Positions 17,864 to 26,425 of a stretch of DNA of 32,000 bases are shown here, piece by piece. The stretch spans positions 19,632-51,631 of the forward strand of contig CAZECW010000033.1 of NCBI GenBank assembly GCA_964510585.1, read 5' to 3'. The translations under genes and the position numbers were made by a program. The stretch's first letter is position 1. The number at the start of each line of letters is the position of its first letter. Below the pieces are notes generated by a model. It saw nothing but the letters and a program-made list of their open reading frames with translations. It was not told the origin of the DNA and did no database searches. The stretch is from an uncultured archaeon (GTDB lineage: Archaea; Asgardarchaeota; Jordiarchaeia; Jordiarchaeales; Jordiarchaeaceae).

Positions 17864-18640
17864 TTAGTAGTCCTGAATGCCTTTCTTTGCAATTTCGGTT
17901 AGTCTGTCCCGGATTAATACTAAAATTTCCCCCAAAACTTTTTGGTTGTCATACTCCTCAAGAATCTTTTTGAGTTCTTCTTTGGGAACACTTTTTAGTT
18001 TTTTGACTTCTTCAACTAGCAGAGGCATGCATCTTACATGATTATCAACTATGGTAATATTTGCGGATTGTGATGTTCTACTTAGAGGGTTAAGATCCAC
18101 GGCTATTACAGTTTTTCCCATTTTTCTCAAAGCTTGAGTTCTATCACCGTCCTCTATGGGTACTAGAACGGTGTCTGCGATTAGAATTCCCCTTCTGTCC
18201 ACAACTCTTCTTATGCTTGAAATTTCGGGAATAACACCATCAGCGGTTTCCCCAACACCTAGCACCTCTTTAGCTCCAGCTTTTTCCAAAACTTCTTTGA
18301 TGGCTTCCACGCGTCCAGGACTGCGGTAAAAAATATTTATCTCCAACTTGGCCCCTGAAACCTCTGAAAGTTCCACTATTTCTTTGGGTGTGAGGGCAGC
18401 AGAGTTTCCATTAACACTAATAACGGGATATTTAGATAATAGTAAAGCTGCTGCGGCGGCTCTGATAGCCTTTCTGGCGGGTGGCGTTGTTTTTTCTCCC
18501 AAAAGGTAGTCAAACGCTTCTCCTCTGCCGTGGGCTATTAATCCAGCCTTAGCAACCACATTATGCTCCATTCCCTCAATAATTCTATGTCTTATTCTTA
18601 GGGATTCTGCACGAGGATGATTATCGGGAATTTCACTCAA
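17864..18640 (-). CDS. pps: 4-phosphopantoate--beta-alanine ligase
   Basis: HPRAESL, GLIAHGRGEAFDYLLGE, SVNGN, EDGDRT..L..MGK, DLNPLSRT, VDN. Confidence 0.96.
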   Translation of the reverse strand: MSEIPDNHPRAESLRIRHRIIEGMEHNVVAKAGLIAHGRGEAFDYLLGEKTTPPARKAIRAAAAALLLSKYPVISVNGNSAALTPKEIVELSEVSGAKLEINIFYRSPGRVEAIKEVLEKAGAKEVLGVGETADGVIPEISSIRRVVDRRGILIADTVLVPIEDGDRTQALRKMGKTVIAVDLNPLSRTSQSANITIVDNHVRCMPLLVEEVKKLKSVPKEELKKILEEYDNQKVLGEILVLIRDRLTEIAKKGIQDY

Positions 18641-18653
18641 TAATGTTAACCTC

Positions 18654-19574
18654 CTAAATCAGTCTTGCTCCCAAATTATCGATTTTTGACACGAAAACAA
18701 TCCCATTAGGCATACATTCTTTGATAATGTTGCAGGCATTCTTAGAATCCTTCTCGCTAACAAAACAGAAAACCGATTGTCCCAGCATAACCATACTACA
18801 GTAGGGGAATCCAGAATCCTCTAAGGTCCGAATTGTTCTAATAACAGTGGGGGAAGCCAAGCCTGTTTGCATAGTAAACTTTTTGGAAAGGGAAACCAAT
18901 TTATGGATGGAAGCTTCGTTTAAAAGCTCCTTCACAAGTTTATCGCCTGCATCATTAATCTTTTTTCTTTTCTCAGGATTAGAGAGAACTTCTTTCGTCT
19001 CTATTTTTCCAACAGATCCACAAACCACATCAAAATTACATTCAGAGGGTATTATATCTATCTCTCCATATCCGGGTGCGCCTGGCTTAAGTCTAATTTC
19101 TATACCACCCCTATTCTGTGCAATAACGTCACCCAGACCGGTTTTGTGAGTAACCTCTGAAATATGAGCCAGCTGTGCACTGTTATTCTTGGTCAATCCC
19201 AAATTTAGGGCTTGGTTAAGTGCAAGGGCAGTACTCAAAGCCGCGGCACCGCTAGCCCCATATCCTGCTCCCACGGGAATCTGCATTTCCTGTATTACTT
19301 TTACATCGTACTCCTGACCATGTTTTTGGAGAGCTAGGTCCAATGCCAACCTTACAACTGTTTCAGTCACTCTAGCCTCGCACACTTTACCATTAATAGA
19401 GATTTCAATCGAGGTGTGGTCTGAAGGCATAACCTGTACCTTAGTAATAATACCGTGCTCTATGGAGAAACCAGCTCCCTTAGAGCCCTTCAAGAGGGGA
19501 TCTATTGGTGCATCACAGATTTGGAAGAAGCAAGTAATATGCCCGGGTGAAAAGGCCTTAGCTTCCAATAACAA
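18654..19574 (-). CDS. pok: Pantoate kinase (GHMP family)
   Basis: AFSPGHITCFF, GSKGAG, PVGAGYGASGA, EV..KTGLGDV, RLKPGAPG, MVMLGQSVF; adjacent to pps. Confidence 0.95.
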   Translation of the reverse strand: MLLEAKAFSPGHITCFFQICDAPIDPLLKGSKGAGFSIEHGIITKVQVMPSDHTSIEISINGKVCEARVTETVVRLALDLALQKHGQEYDVKVIQEMQIPVGAGYGASGAAALSTALALNQALNLGLTKNNSAQLAHISEVTHKTGLGDVIAQNRGGIEIRLKPGAPGYGEIDIIPSECNFDVVCGSVGKIETKEVLSNPEKRKKINDAGDKLVKELLNEASIHKLVSLSKKFTMQTGLASPTVIRTIRTLEDSGFPYCSMVMLGQSVFCFVSEKDSKNACNIIKECMPNGIVFVSKIDNLGARLI

Positions 19575-19989
19575 ACCTCCTTTTATAACTCTTGAAATAT
19601 CAGGAGGGGGGAGAGACGCGGTTTTCTAGTTATGTCATTGAACCGAGTTTTTCAATAAATAAAAGCATTATGGTAAGATAAACAGGTGGAATTGTGAGCG
19701 ATAGTAGCGAGTGTGTATTGTGAGTGAAACATTTTGATAAAGGGTGGATGGTTTAAAGTTTAACCGACTTTTTGCCATTGTATTGAACCGCCTTTTCCTC
19801 TTTCATAATGTTTATATGATGAAAATTTAAATATTATTTAGATTAGATAAAAAATAAATATTTTCTGTAATTTATGTTCAATCCATTTTATTTATGCCTA
19901 AAACTTAAATAGCTGTTTAATTTTTTAACAACCCGAGGAGCACCGTAAAATTTTTAAGCGGTGTTCTAAAGCCAGTTGGGGTTTCCAAT

Positions 19990-21291
19990 TTGCTAGACAA
20001 TCATACATCAAAACAGATTATAGGAACCAAAAGCGAAGTATTGAAGGGAAAAAAGATTGTTCTTTGCATCACTGGCAGCGTAGCTGCTATGGAATGTCCA
20101 ATCATAGCTCGTGAACTAATGAGGACTGGAGCAGAAGTCTATGCAGTTATGTCTCCAGCTGCGACTCGGCTTGTTTCCCCGGATCTTATGCAATGGGCCA
20201 CGGGAAACCCTGTAGTTACCCAACTGACAGGAAAGGTAGAACATATATCACTTGCTGGTGATCATCCTGATACTGCTTCTCTGGTTCTGGTAGCTCCGGC
20301 GACTGCCAATACTATAAGTAAAATTGCCTGCGGGATAGATGATACGCCTCCAACAACGGTAGTGAGTAGCGCTATTGGTGCTGGGATACCTATAGTAATT
20401 GTCCCTGCTATGCATGAATCCATGTTCCGTCACCCAATTGTTCTTGAAAATATTAATCGCCTAAAATCTATAGGTATAGAGTTTGTTGGTCCCAGATTTG
20501 AAGAGGGGAAGGCGAAGATTGCCCATATAGACACTATAGTGGCTCATGTTATAGATGTTTTAACAAGACCTAAGGATATGAAGGGTTTAAAGGTGCTAAT
20601 CACAGCTGGCCCAACTAGAGAGTACATAGACGCTGTACGTTACATAAGCAATCCCAGCTCTGGTAAAATGGGCGTTTCACTTGCAATTGCAAGTGTTCAG
20701 AGGGGAGCAGAGGTAACTCTAGTTTTTGGACCCGGTTCTGTGGAGCCCCCTCCACTTACTAAAATAATAAATGTGGAGTCAACCCGAGACATGCTTGAGG
20801 CGGTGGTTTCAAGCTTAAGGAAGGAGCACTACGATATAATGATTTCTAGTGCTGCGGTCAGCGATTATACTCCCGACAAGAAGATTGATGCAAAAACACC
20901 CTCGGGAAAAGAGGAGTTCATAGTTAGATTAGTTCCTTTACCGAAAATAATTAATGCGGTTAGGGAAGTTGCTCCTGACATCTTCCTAGTGGGATTTAAG
21001 GCAGAGTATAACAAATCCAAGGAAGAGTTGATAAGCTGTGCATTGAATAAAATTAAGAAGGCAAATCTAGACCTCATAGTTGCAAATGATGTATCTAAGG
21101 AAAACGCGGGATTCGCGGCTGATAGCAACGAGGTTTATGTTATTGATAAAGACGGTGAGGTAACACACATTCCTCTTAGTCCGAAACGGGTTATAGCGTC
21201 TAGGATTCTTGACATTGTGGTGAAAAAGTATAATCAAAAGCTTCTGAAGATGCAAAGAAGTATTTCACACTCTGAACCCGTCATAAAGTAG
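19990..21291 (+). CDS. coaBC: Bifunctional phosphopantothenoylcysteine decarboxylase/synthetase
   Basis: ITGSVAA, APATANTISK, PAMHESM, ITAGPTREYIDAVRYISNPSSGKMG, AAVSDY, VGFKAE, IVANDV. Confidence 0.97.
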   Translation: MLDNHTSKQIIGTKSEVLKGKKIVLCITGSVAAMECPIIARELMRTGAEVYAVMSPAATRLVSPDLMQWATGNPVVTQLTGKVEHISLAGDHPDTASLVLVAPATANTISKIACGIDDTPPTTVVSSAIGAGIPIVIVPAMHESMFRHPIVLENINRLKSIGIEFVGPRFEEGKAKIAHIDTIVAHVIDVLTRPKDMKGLKVLITAGPTREYIDAVRYISNPSSGKMGVSLAIASVQRGAEVTLVFGPGSVEPPPLTKIINVESTRDMLEAVVSSLRKEHYDIMISSAAVSDYTPDKKIDAKTPSGKEEFIVRLVPLPKIINAVREVAPDIFLVGFKAEYNKSKEELISCALNKIKKANLDLIVANDVSKENAGFAADSNEVYVIDKDGEVTHIPLSPKRVIASRILDIVVKKYNQKLLKMQRSISHSEPVIK

Positions 21292-21308
21292 TTTAAAGCA
21301 GTTTAAAC

Positions 21309-21581
21309 CTATTTGCGAGAAGCCATTAAGATTACCTTGGCGAAGTCTTCAGGCCTGACGCCCACCAGAGTTATTCGCTTCTTCTTAAAAAACTTGGTAA
21401 TGGCCTCATTTACTTTTTCAATAGGTACCCCTACAAGGGCTCTCTCCAGTTTTTCGATTTGCTCCTCGGGATGCATATAAAAGTCTCCAGTTATGTGTAT
21501 CTCACTAATTTTTCCTTGGGATATTTTCACTGTAGCTTCCACCAACTTCCCGTCTGGAACTTTTAACTCCGCACTTCCCAT
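21309..21581 (-). CDS. Lipoate-protein ligase C-terminal/accessory domain (LplB-like), stand-alone
   Basis: KVPDGKLVE...ITGDFYMHPEEQIEKLERALVG...LVGVRPED matches the LplA C-terminal domain (GDFF motif). Confidence 0.85.
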   Translation of the reverse strand: MGSAELKVPDGKLVEATVKISQGKISEIHITGDFYMHPEEQIEKLERALVGVPIEKVNEAITKFFKKKRITLVGVRPEDFAKVILMASRK

Positions 21582-22582
21582 TACCTTTTTTCTCCCTCCT
21601 TAGGTTCAATAAATATCGAAATTTTTTCGCCTTCACAAAGGTCTAATTTCTCTCTTCTTGAAGGCACAAGTTTAATGAGGGGGGATTTTAAATTTATGTA
21701 AAGGGAAAGCCCTCTCAATTGATTCCCTTCACAGCTTATAGAAAGAGGGTGAAGTTTAACAACCCCAATGTTTTGCTGTTTCTCAACCACGCTACCAATT
21801 TGGAGATCTCCTATGAAAACCTTTTGACCTAGGTCAAAATCATTCTCTTCTAATAAAACCCCTCCAAAACCATAGTGGGGCAATCCACAGTCAAGAATTC
21901 CCAGCCGCCCACCAATGCATGCAACAAACCCGCTGAAATTTCCCATTTTAAGGATAACACTCGAATTGGGCTCCACTAAAGTGTAATCTGTTTGAACATC
22001 TACCACCTTACACTCAAAAATTTTATTCGACTGAGCTAATCCTTTCTTTTCTAGGGACAGGAGACGTATAGGGTGGGATCCTCTCGCCCTTATAGGGTCT
22101 TCAGGATTTCTTACTTCCAAATGAATGTGTGGGTCTGTCCAGAAATTAAAAAATCCGCTCCTAATAGATGTTCCCAAACAGTCCCCCGCATCTAATCTAT
22201 CACCAATTTTTACTTTGGGATTAATGTGCAATATTTTGATTAGATATTTTGGGTTTTCTTCGCTCTTGAGAATTATTAAATAATCAGTTTCTTCGGCTGC
22301 GAAATTTTTACGTGCCGGCGCTCTAACCTTCCGAATGCTTATTACCCTCCCCGGAGTTGGACATGGAGCTTCAATTCCAAAATTTCCAGGGCCGAGGTAA
22401 AGATCCATAGCAACCCCATGATTATGCGCATAGTAAGGAGAATTAAATAGGGAGATATACTCAAATCTACCTACCGAGTATATGTAAATACCGCAACTCT
22501 CAGCTAATTTGATTCCTCCAGACAAAGTCAACACCGAAGAAACGTTATTAAATATCAGATTCTCAAATCTATTGAGCCACAT
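21581..22582 (-). CDS. Cytoplasmic M23-like (duplicated hybrid motif) putative Zn metallohydrolase
   Basis: FNSPYYAH...MDLY, HINPKVKIGDRLDAGDCLG, HIHLEVR (HxH); no signal peptide; start uncertain; stop overlaps the next ATG (TAATG). Confidence 0.65.
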   Translation of the reverse strand: MWLNRFENLIFNNVSSVLTLSGGIKLAESCGIYIYSVGRFEYISLFNSPYYAHNHGVAMDLYLGPGNFGIEAPCPTPGRVISIRKVRAPARKNFAAEETDYLIILKSEENPKYLIKILHINPKVKIGDRLDAGDCLGTSIRSGFFNFWTDPHIHLEVRNPEDPIRARGSHPIRLLSLEKKGLAQSNKIFECKVVDVQTDYTLVEPNSSVILKMGNFSGFVACIGGRLGILDCGLPHYGFGGVLLEENDFDLGQKVFIGDLQIGSVVEKQQNIGVVKLHPLSISCEGNQLRGLSLYINLKSPLIKLVPSRREKLDLCEGEKISIFIEPKEGEKR

Positions 22583-22713
22583 ACGACATTAATGTTACTC
22601 TGCAAGAATCTCAAGGCTAAAAAATAAATTTAAAGTCACTTATAGCAAGCATTTTTATTTATTCAGATATATAAGTAAATCTAAAAGTTTTCCAGCAGCT
22701 CAGGTGAGATTAA

Positions 22714-23700
22714 ATGAGCGCAACCAAATTGAAATTCGTTATTCCGAAAGGATCGCTACAAGATGCTACACTACAACTTCTCGAACAAGCAGGTTACAGT
22801 ATTAAAGCTGTAGAACGCTCCTACCGCCCCTGGATAAACGATCCAGAAATCAGCCTTAAACTACTCAGACCCCAAGAAATACCAACCCTAATTCAAGAGG
22901 GAGCACACGAACTAGGAATAGCAGGAATAGACTGGGTTAATGAGACAGGCGCCGACGTAAAAATACTTTCAGAGTTAGACTACGGTAAGGTTAGTATAGT
23001 AATGGCAGTGCCAAATTCTTGGGAAAAGATAAACAGTCTATCTGAGCTAATAAGAGAATTCAGCAGCAACGGAAAACCCATTCGAATTGCAACAGAGTAT
23101 ATAAACATTACCTCAAGATACATAATGGAAAACAGAGAGTATCAAAAACACTACGGAAACAAAACCCCGGAAGTAATAACACCTTGGTCCCGCTATGGAC
23201 AAAACCCAAATGTTAAAATTATGCTCTCCTTTGGCGCTACCGAAGCGAAACCTCCCGAAGACGCCGATGCCATAGTCGACAACACTGAAACGGGAACCAC
23301 ACTAAAGAGCAACGAATTAAAAATAATTGAAGTATTATACAAGTCACAGGCGGTGCTTATAGCAAACAAAAAGGCCCTTAAGGAAAAATGGAAAGAAGAA
23401 AAAATTCGAGATGTCATGACCCTCATTTTAGGCGCGGTAGAAGCTAGGAAAAAGCTACACATCTTCATGAACGTCAAAGAAGAAAACATTGAAGCACTTC
23501 TAGAGCAGCTACCGGCTCTTAAACGCCCAACCATATCACCGCTAGCAGGAGCTGAAGGATGGTTCGCATTAAATACTGTAATAGCTAAGGAGGACCTAAT
23601 TAAACTAATACCGATTTTAAGAAAATTAGCCCAAGGAATAGTAGTTCACCCTGTGCGGCAAGTTCTACCTCTGGAAGAGATAGAAAACAAAAAAATCTAA
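22714..23700 (+). CDS. hisG: ATP phosphoribosyltransferase (long form)
   Basis: IPKGSL, RPQEIP, GIAGIDW, LDYGKVSIVMAVP, RIATEY, GATEAKP, DAIVDNTETGTTL, PALKRPTISPL C-terminal regulatory domain. Confidence 0.96.
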   Translation: MSATKLKFVIPKGSLQDATLQLLEQAGYSIKAVERSYRPWINDPEISLKLLRPQEIPTLIQEGAHELGIAGIDWVNETGADVKILSELDYGKVSIVMAVPNSWEKINSLSELIREFSSNGKPIRIATEYINITSRYIMENREYQKHYGNKTPEVITPWSRYGQNPNVKIMLSFGATEAKPPEDADAIVDNTETGTTLKSNELKIIEVLYKSQAVLIANKKALKEKWKEEKIRDVMTLILGAVEARKKLHIFMNVKEENIEALLEQLPALKRPTISPLAGAEGWFALNTVIAKEDLIKLIPILRKLAQGIVVHPVRQVLPLEEIENKKI

Positions 23701-23795
23701 TTTTCTGAGACAGCGAAGTTTGGAAAAATTTTCAGAAACTAAATTACAATCCTCTTATTTTTAGAAATTTCCGAATATTGCCGTATTAGATTTAC

Positions 23796-24010
23796 TACTT
23801 AACTAGAGTGAATAGTTGACACTCTCCGCGACTAAAGTCGGGAGATTCTTGCTTCTGGCTCATCGGGAGCCTTAGGAAGCAATGGGTGTGCCATCACCCA
23901 GTTAACACGCCCTTCCCTCAAGGGAACGGCGTCTATGTTGGCACCCTCATGGGGGCTGCGTCTTATTTTAGCCTCTTAAGCCCAAGCCAAACCCTTCAGC
24001 TACCAACAAC
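23796..24010 (-). ncRNA. Candidate TnpB omegaRNA/reRNA scaffold plus flank-derived guide
   Basis: Stacked stems ACGCC/TTCCCT-TG-AGGGAA/GGCGT (23932-23907), TGGGTG/CACCCA (23900-23883), TTGCTTC/GAAGCAA enclosing GGCTC/GAGCC (23882-23849), then the right-end hairpin and TCAA. The 5' boundary is inferred from a TATA-like box. Confidence 0.6.
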
Positions 24011-24094
24011 TATTTATGTACCCTACTTTCAAATAAACTTTTTTGGCGATTCATCCCCACGACTTGAAGTCGGGGGCTTTCTCGCCAAGGTTTT
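23816..24094 (-). mobile_element. Non-autonomous IS200/IS605-family mini-element (PATE/MITE-like, 279 bp, no tnpA/tnpB)
   Basis: Minus strand, left end: TTAC | AAAACCTTGGCGAG-AAAG-CCCCCGAC-TTCAA-GTCGTGGGG. Right end: GAAT-CTCCCGAC-TTTA-GTCGCGGAG-AGTG-TCAA. GC 81/140 (58%) at 23821-23960 versus 17/60 (28%) at 23701-23760. Confidence 0.88.
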
Positions 24095-24186
24095 GTAAGA
24101 GGTTGTATAAACGCTTTTTAGGTGGTATTTTTAATAATCCAAGATGTATAGTTTTTCAAGAAGAGCCGACTCTTTTTCGACTAGAA

Positions 24187-25173
24187 TCAAAGACTACTCT
24201 CTATATCTCGAATCTGTTTCTCAATTTCTTCTTTTTCTCTAATTTTATCGTTTAATCTTTTTTCGTCTTCTAGTGACCCGAAACCTGCTTTAATCATAGT
24301 TTTAAGATCAATTATTTCTCTCTCAAGTTTAAGCTTTTTTGTCTCCAAGTTTGTTAGTTGAACATAGGCGGGGGCTCTATCCTCACTTGAAAGTTTTACC
24401 TTTTTTTCCTTTATGTAATCTAACATGTCGAGTCCAAGAGTTCTTAGTAGTTTTTTATCCTCCTCTGTTAGTAAACTATCAAGGTCAGACTCGGGCTTTT
24501 CCAGCCCCTCCTTTACACTTAAACCTTCTGCTTCGCTAAACTCTGCAAACTCTTTTTTGGTAGGCGCCTCCTCAATTTTTTCTGGAAATTCTTCCTCTTT
24601 GAGGCGAGTCAAGAATGTTGGAGACTCTCTAGGTTGCTCCACCGGTGGAGATTCGATTTCTATCATTTCTGCAGTTTGGGGAACCTTTTCAGTTAGAGTA
24701 GCTTCCTCAGGTTTTTCTAATAGAGGTTGTTGGTGTTCCCAGGTTTCAGGCAAAGGTTTTTCTTCTGGAATTTTTTCTTGGGTTTTTGTGAGGGGGCCTG
24801 TTTCGGGCTTTACGATTTCGGGGGCTACGGTTTTCACGAGATCTATTATTGCTTCAATTATATTCGCCACTTGTGCTCGAAGAGATTTGATTTCCTCTTT
24901 AACTTCTTTTTTAAGTATAGAAATATCTTCTCTTATTCCCATAATTTTGGAATCCAAATCGCCTATTTTCCCTAAAATATTTTCTGTTTCTACCACTGTT
25001 TCAGTCGCAGTTCTACTTTTTAGTCGCTCTTCTATTTCGTCGATTTTATCCATTTTTGTTTCCAGTTGTTGAATTCTCTCTAGAACCACTTTAAATTCAG
25101 TAGTTTTTTCAACCTCATTCAACAACTCATCAATCTCGCTTCTTAACTTATTTAGTCGCTCTCTAGTACTCAT
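24187..25173 (-). CDS. Coiled-coil protein with Pro/Glu-rich linker and C-terminal helical hairpin
   Basis: Heptad-rich residues 1-115, PE-rich middle, C-terminal LETKKLKLEREIIDLKTMIKAG...EKRLNDKIREKEEIEKQI; SD AGGAGTGGTGA. Confidence 0.8.
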   Translation of the reverse strand: MSTRERLNKLRSEIDELLNEVEKTTEFKVVLERIQQLETKMDKIDEIEERLKSRTATETVVETENILGKIGDLDSKIMGIREDISILKKEVKEEIKSLRAQVANIIEAIIDLVKTVAPEIVKPETGPLTKTQEKIPEEKPLPETWEHQQPLLEKPEEATLTEKVPQTAEMIEIESPPVEQPRESPTFLTRLKEEEFPEKIEEAPTKKEFAEFSEAEGLSVKEGLEKPESDLDSLLTEEDKKLLRTLGLDMLDYIKEKKVKLSSEDRAPAYVQLTNLETKKLKLEREIIDLKTMIKAGFGSLEDEKRLNDKIREKEEIEKQIRDIESSL

Positions 25174-25355
25174 TCACCACTCCTCCTAGCAAGGAGTATA
25201 ATAAAATATATTACTTTTGTTCTTTTTATAAGTATTCTTTGAAAAATTAACAATAAAATGACAAAAATTTGCGATTGTCACATAATTTTTCCGGAAAAAT
25301 TAAAAAAGATTTAATATGATAATATATTATCGAAAAAGATATCGAGGCTTGGAGC

Positions 25356-26240
25356 TTGGGATTGAAAAACCCTGACAGAAAAGACAAAACAGTAGAAAAA
25401 GAGCCAAACACTTATAAATCAATCAGTAACTCCAGCAGACTTAGTTCAGAACAACTAAAAATAATAAACCAGTTCTCCCACCTCCGAGAGAGCATCATAA
25501 ACTCTGTAAAAAACAAGCTCCCTATGAAGGGCATAGATGCAATAATAAAGCAGGCTTTTGATGAAGCAATAATAAGAAACATGGAAGAAATCCAAAAAGG
25601 TTTCTCAACCAACCTACCTGATAAATCTCTCAAAACCCAAGCTGAGGATAGCCCAAAAGAAAAATTTAGAAATTATGAAAATTCTGAGGAATTACAAGAC
25701 CATCAGCATGGAATAGATGTAGAAAGAGGGGGCAATTTAGAAAAAACGAAAACATCAGACAGAATCAATGCTTTTCCCACAGAGCCTAAAAGCGCGGCAT
25801 CTAATTTAAAAGAAGATTTCCAAAAAAGAATTGATCAATTGATTATGGAAATAAAGACTCGTGACAAGGAGTTAAAAGAGAAAGAAGAAGAAATCAAAAC
25901 TCTCAAAGATCGATTAGAGATTTTAGAGCAACAAAATATGCCCCCATTCCTTGAAAATTGGACAATGAGAGAAGAGTATGGAGAAGAAGATATTAAGTAT
26001 TTACATAATCAGATAAGGCTCTGGGAAATTTTGTGGCAAAAATTGAAAGCCTTCTTGGGAGAAGACCCCAAATTCAAAACACTATTTATACTTCAACGTT
26101 TGGGAAGCATCAGCGTTGGGAACTTATCAAAGGCACTAAACCTTGATTCTAGTCAGACAGAAACAATCCTGCAAGAACTAAAAGAATACAAATTCATCAC
26201 CCTAGATAAAGATATAGTGAGAATAAACTCTGAAAATTAA
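25356..26240 (+). CDS. Coiled-coil protein with C-terminal winged-helix domain
   Basis: LKEDFQKRIDQLIMEIKTRDKELKEKEEEIKTLKDRLEIL coil; C-terminal FKTLFILQRLGSISVGNLSKALNLDSSQTETILQELKEYKFITLDKDIVRI. Confidence 0.75.
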   Translation: MGLKNPDRKDKTVEKEPNTYKSISNSSRLSSEQLKIINQFSHLRESIINSVKNKLPMKGIDAIIKQAFDEAIIRNMEEIQKGFSTNLPDKSLKTQAEDSPKEKFRNYENSEELQDHQHGIDVERGGNLEKTKTSDRINAFPTEPKSAASNLKEDFQKRIDQLIMEIKTRDKELKEKEEEIKTLKDRLEILEQQNMPPFLENWTMREEYGEEDIKYLHNQIRLWEILWQKLKAFLGEDPKFKTLFILQRLGSISVGNLSKALNLDSSQTETILQELKEYKFITLDKDIVRINSEN

Positions 26241-26425
26241 ATGCAAATGTGACAATGAAATTCCAAATATCTGCTGCAAAGTTTTTGAACCAAACCGTGT
26301 GTATCATCTATAGTTTATAGCTCCTCTCCAAAGAGGCTCTCCTTTTTTTCAAAAAAGGAATAATTCAAAAATTCTCCACATACCATAAATATTAAAAACT
26401 CCTGAAATACAAGTCTCGTGGCTTT

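Noticed and set aside
19686-19700. GTGGAATTGTGAGCG is identical to 15 nt spanning the start of the E. coli lac operator region
   Set aside because: The right half-site diverges, there is no other vector sequence, and the flanks are native archaeal intergenic DNA; treated as coincidence.
23886-24255. 70-aa ORFs at 23886-24098 and 24043-24255 as possible transposase remnants
   Set aside because: They lie on the strand opposite the element's orientation and carry no HUH or RuvC motifs; the element is better read as non-coding.
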